Source of the DNA: a bacterium
GTDB taxonomy: Bacteria; Krumholzibacteriota; Krumholzibacteriia; G020349025
NCBI GenBank assembly: GCA_031362565.1
Contig: JANLSU010000058.1
Location: 10,338-74,337 of the forward strand
Reading direction: 5' to 3'
Length of the DNA: 64,000 bases
In this document: piece by piece, positions 9,699-19,432 of the stretch
How the letters are laid out: each line of letters starts with the position of its first letter
Position numbering within the stretch: position 1 is the stretch's first letter
Notes under the pieces: model-generated
The model's input: only the letters and a program-made list of their open reading frames with translations
Told to the model about the DNA's origin: nothing
The model's database searches: none
Made by a program: the position numbers and the translations under genes

Positions 9699-10100
9699 TT
9701 GGAACGAACGTACTTCATGATCAAACCGGAGGCCGTGCGGGCCAACCGGTTCGCCGACATTTTGAACTGTGTGATGATGAACCGCTTCGCGGTCGAGCGT
9801 CTCGAAATGCGGCGCCTGTCGCCGGAGCTCGCCAAACGCTTCTACGCCGAGCACGACGGCAAGGGCTTCTTCGCCGAGCTCGTGGCCTATATGACGAGCG
9901 GCCCGGTGGTGTGCGTCCAGTTGGCCGGCGAAGACGCGGTCAAGCGGCTGCGGGAACTGGTCGGGGCGACGAATCCGGAGAAGGCGACCGCCGGAACGAT
10001 TCGCTTCATGTACGGCAAGAGCCTGCAGGAGAATGCGGTGCACGCCTCCGACAGCCCGGAATCGGCGGCGCGCGAGCTGGGTCTGCTGTTTCCGGCCTGA
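9699..10100 (+). CDS. ndk: Nucleoside diphosphate kinase
   Basis: ERTYFMIKP, FYAEH.GK.FF, MTSGPV, GATNP and NAVHASDS; TTG start after a GAAGGAG RBS. Confidence 0.95.
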   Translation: MERTYFMIKPEAVRANRFADILNCVMMNRFAVERLEMRRLSPELAKRFYAEHDGKGFFAELVAYMTSGPVVCVQLAGEDAVKRLRELVGATNPEKATAGTIRFMYGKSLQENAVHASDSPESAARELGLLFPA

Positions 10101-10160
10101 GGCGGCTCGGCGCGGGTCTGAGGTGCCGGGTGGAAGTGGCTCTCCCTGAATGGCTTCGGG

Positions 10161-10189
10161 TTGACAGCCTTGCCGGGGCTCTTTAGGCT
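10161..10189 (+). promoter_or_regulatory. Sigma-70 promoter of the yceD-rpmF-fab operon
   Basis: TTGACA (10161-10166), 17-bp spacer, TAGGCT (10184-10189). Confidence 0.7.
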
Positions 10190-10195
10190 CGCGGC

Positions 10196-10699
10196 ATGGG
10201 AAACGACGGCATGACATTGCGGCTGGCGGCGCTGCCGCCCGGACACAGCACGCACCACGGCCATTTGGAGTTCGTGGTGTTCGATGCGGCCGAGGAAGAA
10301 GAGCCGCACGCCGTTGACGTGACGGCCGAGGTCGACAAAATGGGGCCGCGGATCCACGTGCGAGGCCATGTCGAAGGCCACGCGCGCTCCATCTGCCACC
10401 GGTGCCTCGAGACCTTCGAGCGGCCGCTGGCAAGCGACTTCGTGCTGACGCTGCAGAAGACAGCGGAGCCCGCCGACGAGGATTTCGTCGTGCTGGGCGA
10501 CAACATGGTGGAATTCGATCTCGCGCCGCATGCGCGGGAGGCGGTTCTTCTCGAGGAGCCCATACAGCTCCTCTGCGATCCGAACTGCCGCGGGCTTTGT
10601 TCGCAGTGTGGCGCGGATCTGAATCAGGGTCGTTGTGGCTGCCGGCCACAGTCGGACCCGCGCTGGGCGCCGCTCGGGGACCTGCGGCCCTCGCTTTAA
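10196..10699 (+). CDS. yceD: DUF177/YceD family protein
   Basis: C.RCL, LC.P.CRGLC..CG.DLN and DPRWAPL; sits upstream of rpmF. Confidence 0.9.
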   Translation: MGNDGMTLRLAALPPGHSTHHGHLEFVVFDAAEEEEPHAVDVTAEVDKMGPRIHVRGHVEGHARSICHRCLETFERPLASDFVLTLQKTAEPADEDFVVLGDNMVEFDLAPHAREAVLLEEPIQLLCDPNCRGLCSQCGADLNQGRCGCRPQSDPRWAPLGDLRPSL

Positions 10700-10736
10700 A
10701 TTTGCCATGGGGTCCTTGATCGGACAGGAGGTTGTC

Positions 10737-10919
10737 ATGGGTCTGCCCAAACGGCGGACGTCGAGGTCTCGCAAGCTGAAGAAACGTGCGCAGTGGAAGC
10801 TGAAGGCTCCGGTGCTGTCGACATGCCGCCAGTGCGGCAGTCCGAAGATGCCGCACCGGGTTTGCACGAACTGCGGAGTGTACGCCGGCCGCGAAGTCGT
10901 CGCCGCACCCGAGGTCTGA
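10737..10919 (+). CDS. rpmF: 50S ribosomal protein L32 (Zn-ribbon form)
   Basis: MGLPKRRTSRSR...CRQCG.PKMPHRVC.NCG.Y.GR; AGGAGG RBS. Confidence 0.95.
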   Translation: MGLPKRRTSRSRKLKKRAQWKLKAPVLSTCRQCGSPKMPHRVCTNCGVYAGREVVAAPEV

Positions 10920-10953
10920 GCCGTCGTCCTCCGATTCGTGGGGGAACCGCCGC

Positions 10954-11994
10954 ATGCGCATCGCAGTGGACGCCATGGGAGGGGACCTCGGTCCCGGCGT
11001 GGTGGTACATGGTGCGGTGCGTGCGCTCGCAAGCCTGGCGCCACAAACGGAAATCCTGCTCGTCGGAGACGAGACGCCGCTGCGTTCGCATCTTGGTCCC
11101 GAGATCCCGCCACGCGTCGAAATCGTCCATGCGCCGGACGTCGTCACGATGGACGACTCGCCGGTGGATGCGTGGAAGCGCAAACCCAACGCATCGATGA
11201 TGGTCGCGGCGCGGCTCGTCCACGAGGGACGGGCGGATGCGATGGTCAGCCTCGGCAACACCGGCGGGGTGCTCGCCGCCGCGATGTTCACGCTCGGCCG
11301 AATCGCCCAGGTGCAGCGGCCGGCGCTCGCGACGCTGTTTCCGACCCAGGGGCGCGATTGCGTGCTGCTCGATGTCGGCGCCAACGCGGACTGCCGGCCG
11401 CGGCATCTCCTGCAGTTCGCGGTGATGGGTTCGGTCTTCGCGGCGCTTCGCCTCGGCTGCGAGCGGCCTAGAGTCGGGTTGCTCAACATCGGCGAGGAAG
11501 CGACCAAGGGGAACGAAGTGACCGCGGCAGCCTACCCGCTCTTGCGTGACAGCGGCTTGAACTTCGTCGGCAACATCGAAGGCCGTGATCTCCTGCAGGG
11601 CAACGCCGACGTCGTGGTGTGCGAAGGATTCGTCGGCAATGTGGTGCTGAAATTCGCGGAGAGCATGCTGGGATTCACGCGCGGATTGCTGCGCGACGAA
11701 ATCCAGAAATCGCTCCGCCTCAAGTTGGGCGCGTTGCTCATGCGCCCGGCGTTTGGGGCTCTGAAGCGGCGGCTGGACTATCAGGAGTTCGGCGGCGCGC
11801 CGCTCCTCGGAGTGAACGGCATCGTCGTGATCGGCCACGGACGCAGTTCGGAACGGGCGATCGAGAGCGCCGTGGTGGCTTGTGGCGCACTGGTGCGCGA
11901 CAAGCTCATCGGGCGCATCAGCGCCGAGTTGGCGAGAACCGGGGGAAGCCTGCTTGAAAAAAACGAGCAGCGCACGGATCGCGGGAACGGGTAG
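10954..11994 (+). CDS. plsX: Phosphate acyltransferase PlsX
   Basis: MRIAVDAMGGD, LLDVGAN, LLNIGEE..KG, FVGNIEG, GF.GN..LK..E, GGAPLLG and HGRS. Confidence 0.96.
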   Translation: MRIAVDAMGGDLGPGVVVHGAVRALASLAPQTEILLVGDETPLRSHLGPEIPPRVEIVHAPDVVTMDDSPVDAWKRKPNASMMVAARLVHEGRADAMVSLGNTGGVLAAAMFTLGRIAQVQRPALATLFPTQGRDCVLLDVGANADCRPRHLLQFAVMGSVFAALRLGCERPRVGLLNIGEEATKGNEVTAAAYPLLRDSGLNFVGNIEGRDLLQGNADVVVCEGFVGNVVLKFAESMLGFTRGLLRDEIQKSLRLKLGALLMRPAFGALKRRLDYQEFGGAPLLGVNGIVVIGHGRSSERAIESAVVACGALVRDKLIGRISAELARTGGSLLEKNEQRTDRGNG

Positions 11995-12943
11995 CTATGT
12001 CCCGACACAGCTCCTGACCAACAGCGATCTCGAGAAAATGGTGGATACCTCCGACGAGTGGATCGTCGAACGGACCGGCATCCGTGAACGCCGGATCGCG
12101 ACCGCCGACCAGGCCGCCAGCGATTTGGCGTACGAGGCAGCGGTGCATGCGCTGGACGACGCGGGAATCGAAGGCAAGGACCTGGATGCGATTCTCGTCG
12201 GCACGGTGTGCGGGGACTACTTGTTTCCGTCGACAGGCTGCATCCTGCAGGAACGGATCGGGGCACGCAACGCCTTCGCCTACGATTTTGCGGCGGCGTG
12301 TTCGGGGTTCATCTTTGGTGTCGGCCAGGCGCGTTCCTACATCGTCAGCGGACACTGCCGGCGGGTTCTTGTCGTCGGCGTCGAAACCTTGAGCAAGCTG
12401 ACCGATTGGACCGATCGCAATACGTGCGTGCTGTTCGGTGATGGCGCTGGCGCCGCGGTGTTCGAGCCGTGCGAAGCGGGCGACGGGATTCTGTCGGTGT
12501 TCATGCGCAGTGACGGCGCGATGGCGGATATCATTTCGCTGCCGGCGGGCGGCAGCCGGAACCCGATCACCAAGGAACTCATCGACGAACACGCCAACAA
12601 GATTCACATGCGCGGCAACGAGACGTTCAAGCTGGCGGTGAAGGCCATGGAGCACGCCCTGGTGGAAGCGCTGCGCGAAGCCGGCGTGCGCCAGCAGGAT
12701 CTCGACTTGTTGATCCCGCACCAGGCGAATATCCGGATCATTCAGGCGCTGGGCAAGCGGCTCGATGTCGCGGAAGATCGCGTTTACGTCAACGTCGACC
12801 GCTACGGCAACACGTCTGCTGCCACCATTCCGATCGCCATCGACGAGGCGCGGCGCAGCGGCAGGATCGGCCGCGGCTCGCTGGTGGCGACCGCGGCGTT
12901 CGGCAGCGGCGCGACGTGGGGTGCCGCGATTCTGCGGCTCTGA
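11954..12943 (+). CDS. fabH: 3-oxoacyl-ACP synthase III
   Basis: DTSDEWI.ERTGI, AACSGF, LFGDGAGA, PHQAN.RI and YGNTSAA; TTG start assumed. Confidence 0.95.
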   Translation: MKKTSSARIAGTGSYVPTQLLTNSDLEKMVDTSDEWIVERTGIRERRIATADQAASDLAYEAAVHALDDAGIEGKDLDAILVGTVCGDYLFPSTGCILQERIGARNAFAYDFAAACSGFIFGVGQARSYIVSGHCRRVLVVGVETLSKLTDWTDRNTCVLFGDGAGAAVFEPCEAGDGILSVFMRSDGAMADIISLPAGGSRNPITKELIDEHANKIHMRGNETFKLAVKAMEHALVEALREAGVRQQDLDLLIPHQANIRIIQALGKRLDVAEDRVYVNVDRYGNTSAATIPIAIDEARRSGRIGRGSLVATAAFGSGATWGAAILRL

Positions 12944-13005
12944 GGCTTTGAGGCCGGCGATGGCTTGGCCTGTGGTGTGGCGCGCTTGGAGGGGAGGTCG
13001 AAAAC

Positions 13006-13941
13006 GTGCGGTTCGCGATGATTTTCCCCGGCCAAGGTTCGCAGGTTGTCGGCATGGGCGCCGACGTGGCGGCGGCTTTTCCCGAGGCGCGCGCGGTGTT
13101 CGCCGCGGCCGACGACATTCTGGGTTACGGGCTCACCGCGCTCTGCGCCGCTGGACCGCTCGCCACCCTCACGGAGACCCGCCATGCGCAGCCGGCGCTT
13201 CTGACGCACTCCGTCGCGGTGCTCCGCGTCCTGGAAAAACACGGCATCGAACCGGTCGCGGTGGCGGGCCATAGCCTCGGCGAGTATTCGGCACTCGTGG
13301 CCGCCGGGGTGCTCGATTTCGAGGCCGCACTCCGGCTCGTGCGGCAACGCGGCGAATTGATGTTCGACTCGGGTGTGGACATCCCGGGCACCATGGCGGC
13401 AGTCATCGGCGCGCCGCGCGCCGCGATCGAGGCCGCTTGCGCCGCGGCGCGCCGCCTCGGAGTGTGCGACGTCGCGAACATCAATGCGCCGGATCAAATC
13501 GTGATTTCCGGCGCCGTGCCGGCCGTCGAGGACGCGATGCGGCGGCTCGTAGCCGCCGGCGCCAAGATGGTGAAGCAATTGAACGTCAGTGGCGCTTTTC
13601 ATTCGGCGCTCATGCGCGGCCCCGGCGACAAGCTCGCCGCACATCTGCGGGCGACGCCCTTTGCCGACGCGGCCGTGCCGGTGCTGCCGAACGTCACCGG
13701 CGAACCTGCGACTCGCGGCGCCGTGCTGCGCGACATGCTCGAGCGGCAGATCTCGGCGCCGGTGCGGTGGGAGGCGAGCATGCGCGCCTTGCGCGCTGCA
13801 TTCCCGGCGCCGGTGCTGGAAGTGGGACCGGGAAGTGTGCTCAAGGGCCTCCTGCGCCGCATCGATCGCGATGCGGCGTGTACCAGTGTCGGGGACCGGT
13901 CGGGTCTGGAAGCGCTGCTGGCACAAACCCCTACCGCGTGA
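13006..13941 (+). CDS. fabD: Malonyl-CoA:ACP transacylase
   Basis: FPGQGSQ, AQPAL, GHSLGEY, VSGAFHS and EVGPG. Confidence 0.96.
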   Translation: MRFAMIFPGQGSQVVGMGADVAAAFPEARAVFAAADDILGYGLTALCAAGPLATLTETRHAQPALLTHSVAVLRVLEKHGIEPVAVAGHSLGEYSALVAAGVLDFEAALRLVRQRGELMFDSGVDIPGTMAAVIGAPRAAIEAACAAARRLGVCDVANINAPDQIVISGAVPAVEDAMRRLVAAGAKMVKQLNVSGAFHSALMRGPGDKLAAHLRATPFADAAVPVLPNVTGEPATRGAVLRDMLERQISAPVRWEASMRALRAAFPAPVLEVGPGSVLKGLLRRIDRDAACTSVGDRSGLEALLAQTPTA

Positions 13942-13983
13942 CCCGGGCCGGGCGCTAGGCTCGCCCGAGGAGGAGAACCACCG

Positions 13984-14721
13984 GTGAACCTGCAGGATCG
14001 AATCGTGCTCGTGACGGGCGCGAGCCAGGGAATTGGATTGGCCGTCGCGCGGGACGTGGCGGCGCGCGGCGCGCGCGTTGCACTCGTGGCGCGCCAAGAG
14101 GAGCGGGTCGTGGCGCTCGCGGCCGAGATCGGCGGCGGCGCGCGCGGCTACGGCTGCCACGTGCAGGACCCGGCGGCGGCGCAAGCCGTCGTACAGCGCG
14201 TCCTGGCGGACATGGGCGCCCTGCACGCGGTGGTCAACAATGCCGGCATCGCCCGCGACGGACTGCTCGTTCGCATGTCGCAGGCGGACTGGGACGAAGT
14301 GCTGGCGGTCAATCTGACCGGGACCTTCAACTTTACACGCGCCGCAGCCAAGGCTATGATGCGCCAGAAGTTCGGCCGCATCGTGAACATCACGTCGGTG
14401 ATCGGACAAATGGGCAATGCCGGTCAAGTCAACTATGCCGCCAGCAAGGCCGGCGTCATTGGCTTGACCAAGGCGACAGCGCGCGAACTTGCGTCGCGCA
14501 ACATTACGGTCAACGCGGTCGCGCCGGGATACATCGAGACCGCGATGACCGCCGAGTTGCCCGACGCGCAGCGCGAGGCACTCTTGAAATCGATCCCGGT
14601 CCAGCGCATCGGCACACCGGAGGATGTGGCGGGTGTGGTCGCTTTCTTGTTGAGCGATGCAGCCGCCTACATGACCGGACAGGTGCTGAACTGCGACGGC
14701 GGGATGTGGATGCATTCGTAA
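13984..14721 (+). CDS. fabG: 3-oxoacyl-ACP reductase
   Basis: [23 protein letters not shown] and VAPG; fab operon context. Confidence 0.95.
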   Translation: MNLQDRIVLVTGASQGIGLAVARDVAARGARVALVARQEERVVALAAEIGGGARGYGCHVQDPAAAQAVVQRVLADMGALHAVVNNAGIARDGLLVRMSQADWDEVLAVNLTGTFNFTRAAAKAMMRQKFGRIVNITSVIGQMGNAGQVNYAASKAGVIGLTKATARELASRNITVNAVAPGYIETAMTAELPDAQREALLKSIPVQRIGTPEDVAGVVAFLLSDAAAYMTGQVLNCDGGMWMHS

Positions 14722-14797
14722 TGGCGGCAAGGTTGGGCGAGCCGTGCCGCAACGTCGACGTTCGCCCGAAATCTCGTACGGAGGTGAGGCTGCGCCC

Positions 14798-15040
14798 ATG
14801 GCCAGCGACATCGAAGCTCGCGTCAAAAAGATCATCGAAGACCAGCTCGGCGTCAGTGCGGAGCAGGTTACGAACGAAGCGTCCTTCATCGACGACCTCG
14901 GAGCCGACTCCTTGGATACCGTCGAGCTCGTCATGGCGCTCGAGGAAGAGTTCGACATCGAGATCCCGGATGAGGATGCCGAAAAGATGACCACCGTGCA
15001 GGCGGCCATCGACTACCTGGAGCAAAAGGTCGGCGCCTGA
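14798..15040 (+). CDS. acpP: Acyl carrier protein
   Basis: [20 protein letters not shown]; GGAGGTGA RBS. Confidence 0.97.
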   Translation: MASDIEARVKKIIEDQLGVSAEQVTNEASFIDDLGADSLDTVELVMALEEEFDIEIPDEDAEKMTTVQAAIDYLEQKVGA

Positions 15041-15082
15041 ACGGGCGCCGGGCTTCACGGCCCCGGGGAGGAGTGCGGTTCG

Positions 15083-16327
15083 ATGGATAGGAAGCGGGTG
15101 GTGATCACCGGTGTGGGCACGATCTCGCCGGTCGGATCCGACGTGCCTACGACGCTTGAGGCGTTGTACGCCGGACGTTCGGGCGTTGGGCCCGTAGAGC
15201 ACTTCGACGCGACGGGTTTCGCGACCCGCATCGCGGCCGAAGTGCGCGATTTCGACCCGGCCCGGTACATGGACCGCAAGGATGCGAAGCGCGCCGACCG
15301 CTTCGCCCAGTTCGCGATTGCCGCCAGCCGCGAGGCGGTCGACAAGTCGCGAATTGTCGGATCGGACGTCGATCCAAACCGCATCGGTGTCGTCATCGGT
15401 TCGGGCATCGGCGGCATGGAGACGTTCGAGATTCAGCATCAGGCGTTGCTGGAGAAAGGGCCGTCGCGCGTCAGCCCCTTCTTCGTGCCGATGATGATCA
15501 CCGACATGGCGTCGGGTTTGGTGTCGATGCAACACGGTTTCAAGGGGCCGAACTTTTGCGCCGTTTCGGCCTGCGCCTCGGCGGCGAATGCCATCGCCAC
15601 GAGTGCGATGCTGATTGCGACCGGCGCCGCGGACGCGGTCGTGACCGGCGGTGCCGAGGCCACCGTGACGCCGATGACGATGGCGGGTTTCTGCAGTCTG
15701 AAGGCGATGTCGGAACGCAATGACGACCCGGCGACCGCCAGCCGGCCGTTCGACGCCGGGCGCGACGGTTTCGTGCTGGGCGAGGGCGCGGGCATTCTGG
15801 TGCTCGAGGATTTGGAGATCGCGCGGCGGCGCGGCGCCTCGATCCTGGGCGAACTCGTCGGCTTCGGGATGACCGGCGACGCGTTCCACATGACCGCGCC
15901 TGCACCGGAAGGCGAAGGCGCCGCGCGTGCGATGCAGGCGGCACTCGACACCGCGGGGATCGCCGCGGCGGCGGTCGGCTACATCAATGCGCACGGCACC
16001 TCGACGCCGTACAACGACAAGAACGAAACTCACGCGATCAAGACGGTGTTCGGCGCCCACGCGCCGCGGCTCAAAGTGAGTTCGACCAAATCCCTGACCG
16101 GGCATTTGCTCGGCGCGTCCGGCGGCCTCGAGGCGATCGTGTCGATCGACGTGTTGCGATCGGGAAAAGTTCCGCCGACCATCAATCAATTCGAGCGCGA
16201 TCCCGATTGTGACTTGGACTATGTCCCGAATCATGCCGTCGCGGCCGACGTGCAGTATTCGCTCAGCAACTCCTTCGGTTTCGGCGGCCACAACGTCTCG
16301 CTGCTCTTCAAGAGGTACCAGGAGTAG
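15083..16327 (+). CDS. fabF: 3-oxoacyl-ACP synthase II
   Basis: RVVITG.G, SACAS, SRPFD..RDGFV.GEG, INAHGTST, KS.TGH and NSFGFGG. Confidence 0.96.
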   Translation: MDRKRVVITGVGTISPVGSDVPTTLEALYAGRSGVGPVEHFDATGFATRIAAEVRDFDPARYMDRKDAKRADRFAQFAIAASREAVDKSRIVGSDVDPNRIGVVIGSGIGGMETFEIQHQALLEKGPSRVSPFFVPMMITDMASGLVSMQHGFKGPNFCAVSACASAANAIATSAMLIATGAADAVVTGGAEATVTPMTMAGFCSLKAMSERNDDPATASRPFDAGRDGFVLGEGAGILVLEDLEIARRRGASILGELVGFGMTGDAFHMTAPAPEGEGAARAMQAALDTAGIAAAAVGYINAHGTSTPYNDKNETHAIKTVFGAHAPRLKVSSTKSLTGHLLGASGGLEAIVSIDVLRSGKVPPTINQFERDPDCDLDYVPNHAVAADVQYSLSNSFGFGGHNVSLLFKRYQE

Positions 16328-16363
16328 CGGTTCGCGGGCGCGGGACGGGCGGTGGGTCATCCG

Positions 16364-17152
16364 ATGACATGGAGCGACTGGGTCGCACGCCTGCGGGGGC
16401 GCAAGGCGCGCACCTCACGATCCGTTCCGAGCCACGCTCCCGAACTCGAAAGTCTCGAACGCAAGCTGGGACATGTCTTCCACGATCGCGGCCTGATCGA
16501 AACCGCGCTAACGCACCGCTCGCATGCCTACCGGTCCGGCCAAGAGCGCACGCAATCGAACGAGCGGCTCGAGTTTCTCGGCGACTCGGTGCTCGGACTC
16601 ATCGTCAACGAATACCTGTACGGCGCTTACCCCGACCGCAGCGAAGGCGAACTCACCAAGATGAAATCGTTGGTCGTGAGCCGCGCCGTCTTGTCACGGG
16701 CCTCCGAGACCATCGACCTGGGCCGCCATCTCATTCTGGCGCCGGGTGAAGTGGATGCGGGGGGCAGGACGCGGTCGTCCATCTTGTCGGATGGTTTCGA
16801 GGCGGTCCTCGGGGCCCTCTATCTGGACGGCGGCCTGATGCCGGTGCAGAACTTCGTGCGCCGCGAACTTCTCGGCTCGCTCGAAGCGACGCTCGCGGAT
16901 CATCAGCTGGCGAACTACAAGAGTTTGTTGCAGGAGAAAATCCAAGCCGAACTCAAGACCCCGCCGCGTTACAAAGTCACGTCGACGTCGGGCCCGGACC
17001 ACGCCAAGAAATTCGTCGTCGAGGTCGTGGTGCGCGGCCGCGTTCTGGGCCGCGGCGAGGGCGACAGCAAGAAACTGGCGGAGCAACGCGCGGCGCGCCA
17101 GGCGCTCCAACACGTCGACACGAATCCCGACCTGCTGCCGCGCGGCGCCTGA
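16364..17152 (+). CDS. rnc: Ribonuclease III
   Basis: ALTHRS, NERLEFLGDSVL and D.FEA.LGA.YLD; dsRBD with YKS.LQE...GPDH.K.F...SKK.AEQ.AA. Confidence 0.96.
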   Translation: MTWSDWVARLRGRKARTSRSVPSHAPELESLERKLGHVFHDRGLIETALTHRSHAYRSGQERTQSNERLEFLGDSVLGLIVNEYLYGAYPDRSEGELTKMKSLVVSRAVLSRASETIDLGRHLILAPGEVDAGGRTRSSILSDGFEAVLGALYLDGGLMPVQNFVRRELLGSLEATLADHQLANYKSLLQEKIQAELKTPPRYKVTSTSGPDHAKKFVVEVVVRGRVLGRGEGDSKKLAEQRAARQALQHVDTNPDLLPRGA

Positions 17153-17158
17153 GCGGGT

Positions 17159-18487
17159 TCAATAGCGGTACGTGCTCGTCAGCAGGAACCGCCGTTCGCG
17201 CCGGGTTTCCGACACCTCAGGATCGTCACGATCGGCGCGGGTAAACTTCCCGACGCTGACCCCGAAGTCGAGGGCGAAGGTATTCGCCAGGAGCACGCCG
17301 GCGCCGAAGGTCACGGTTTCCCGATCCTGCACCGCGGTCGCCGGGTTGCCCAGCAACAGATCATAGACCAGTGGTTCATACGAGTAGCCGCCGCGCAGCC
17401 GGACCGGCAGGCGTGGCAACGTCCATTCGGCGCCACCCCGCGCGTCGAAGCGCGGCGTGTAGTCGTCATTCGGGCGGCGCGGGTCGAGCGGGTCGCTCGG
17501 CGGACTGTCGACATCGATCTCGTCCCACGCTACATAGTGGGTCTCGGCGGACAGCAGCAGTGACGCGAACGAGTAGGAGACGCCCAAGTTAGCCGACCAC
17601 GGCAAGGTCGGCCGCTGCTCGATGAAGGCGACGGTGCGCGTGTTGTTGTTGGTGTCCAGAAAATCGAAATGCTGCAGCGTGGCGTCGCCGGCGATTGTCA
17701 TCCAGACCGGCGAATGCAGCACGAGTCCGACACGGCCGCCGCCGCCCGCGTAGGCGAGCAAGCCGAGATCCACTGAAAAGGCGTTGAGGCGCGCTTCGGT
17801 GTGCAGCAGGTCGCCGAAGTCGGGAGGCAAACTCGGATTCGTTTCGATGATGTGGGTGTGCTGCGTGTCGTCGAGCGTGCCGGTCCAAAACGATCCCGTC
17901 AGCCCGAGCGAGAGCGAGTGGAGAACATCGACGCCGAGGCCGCCGACGGCGCGCCACACGGTGCCGGTTTGCTTGCGCGTGAAGTCATCGGTGATGGACA
18001 GGTCTTCGGCGGGCGTCGGGCCCGGAATCAGGCGCCGGTCGAACCGGCTGGAACCCATCGCATTGCTGCGCTCCCGGAACAGCCCACCGGCGAGCACCAA
18101 GCTGCCGCGATAGGTGGGAATCGGATAGGCGATCGCCGCGACATCGAGTCCCGAAGCCGGGGCATCTTTCTCGGCCGATGTGTCGAACATGTGGAACGTG
18201 CTGCGGGTGCGCCCCGAATGAAACCCGAGTGCGAGTTCGATATGGACGAGTTGTGCGAGGCCGGCCGGATTGTATTCGAGGCCGGTCGCGTCGTCCGAAA
18301 TCGCCGTGTACGCACCGCCGAGCGCCGCGGCGCGCGCCCCGACTGGCGACCAACCCGTGGCGTAGAAGGCTTCGCTCGAAAAATCATCGAGATTGCGATA
18401 GGTCGTGGAATCCGCCACGGCGGGGCGCGGCAAACCGGCGAGCAGCGCCAGCGCCAAAGCGCCGGCAGAGTGTGTTGGGCGCATCAT
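17159..18487 (-). CDS. FadL/OmpP1/TodX-family outer membrane beta-barrel
   Basis: Signal peptide, GARAAALGGAYTAISDDATGLEYNPAGL hatch motif, amphipathic strands, LRGGYSYEP, and C-terminal aromatic residue (TSTYRY). Confidence 0.8.
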   Translation of the reverse strand: MMRPTHSAGALALALLAGLPRPAVADSTTYRNLDDFSSEAFYATGWSPVGARAAALGGAYTAISDDATGLEYNPAGLAQLVHIELALGFHSGRTRSTFHMFDTSAEKDAPASGLDVAAIAYPIPTYRGSLVLAGGLFRERSNAMGSSRFDRRLIPGPTPAEDLSITDDFTRKQTGTVWRAVGGLGVDVLHSLSLGLTGSFWTGTLDDTQHTHIIETNPSLPPDFGDLLHTEARLNAFSVDLGLLAYAGGGGRVGLVLHSPVWMTIAGDATLQHFDFLDTNNNTRTVAFIEQRPTLPWSANLGVSYSFASLLLSAETHYVAWDEIDVDSPPSDPLDPRRPNDDYTPRFDARGGAEWTLPRLPVRLRGGYSYEPLVYDLLLGNPATAVQDRETVTFGAGVLLANTFALDFGVSVGKFTRADRDDPEVSETRRERRFLLTSTYRY

Positions 18488-19203
18488 CGTGCGGGCCTCG
18501 GGCGATTGTTGGGCATTCCTTGTCCCTCGCTCTGCGCTGGAGTGGCGTTCGATTCCGGTGGAGCCTGCGACTCGGGTGCCGCCGAAGACGGCGGCGTTGC
18601 ATCGTCGTCGTTGGTCGGCGGCGGCGCATTCGGATCCGCGGGCGGTACGACGGGTGCCGGATGGGGTGCCGGCGCGGCGGCCGCCGCGCGCCCTGCGACC
18701 CCTTCCGGGGTCCGTGGTGCCGGCACCGGGTTGCCGCTGTGGGCCGTATCACGTGGCCCCGCTGCCGGAGCGCCGCCGTGTTCGGCATCACGTGGTGCAC
18801 TGGCCGGGGCGCTGGACCGTGGCTCGAGTGCCGCCTTGACCGTCTCCACCGCCGGTGGCGCGATCGATGCCGGTGCAACCGGCGCTGCCGCCCACGGCAA
18901 GGGACGGTTGTTTGCCATACCCGCGCCCTCGGCCCGCGTGCCGATGCGGGCGTTGCCCGCCGCGACGCGTTCCCACCAGGGTTGTTCATAAAAGGTCTGC
19001 CACTGCGGGGCGCACGGCATCGGCGACCAAGCGACGAGATTGCCGACGCCGCCTGTATGGCAGGCGCGGCAATCTTCCGTGACGCCCAGTTCAACCGGCG
19101 CCTCGGCGTCGTCCACCGCCGGGTGGCGCAGCACCGTATAACAGCCGGATCCCAGACTGAGGCAGAGGCATAGGCAGAGCGTGACCCATAGAATGCGGCG
19201 CAT
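18484..19203 (-). CDS. Putative lipoprotein with a single CxxCH motif and Pro/Ala-rich disordered tail
   Basis: MRRILWVTLCLCLCLSLGSG-C lipobox-like sequence; CRACH at 19071-19057; AAAGGAGG RBS; 4-bp overlap with the FadL gene. Confidence 0.7.
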   Translation of the reverse strand: MRRILWVTLCLCLCLSLGSGCYTVLRHPAVDDAEAPVELGVTEDCRACHTGGVGNLVAWSPMPCAPQWQTFYEQPWWERVAAGNARIGTRAEGAGMANNRPLPWAAAPVAPASIAPPAVETVKAALEPRSSAPASAPRDAEHGGAPAAGPRDTAHSGNPVPAPRTPEGVAGRAAAAAPAPHPAPVVPPADPNAPPPTNDDDATPPSSAAPESQAPPESNATPAQSEGQGMPNNRPRPAR

Positions 19204-19432
19204 CGTGCCTCCTTTGCTCAGGGGAGAGTACACTGACCCGCGGCGCGTCTCTTGCACGGGACGGGATGTCCGCCCACGGGGACAGCGCCGTTCTCTCTCC
19301 CGCCGCGGCCCCGAACGGTTTTTGCGCCGTTTCCAGAGCCGCGTCGCGAGACAGAACGAGAACGAGTGCCCACAGCGCCGCTCGCTCCTATACTGACCAT
19401 GCAACGAGTGTTCCTCAAGAGCGGAGATGTGA

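Noticed and set aside
19155-19180. Hexamer-like repeat encoding LCLCLCL
   Set aside because: Short and imperfect, within a signal peptide; no evidence of a variable tandem repeat.
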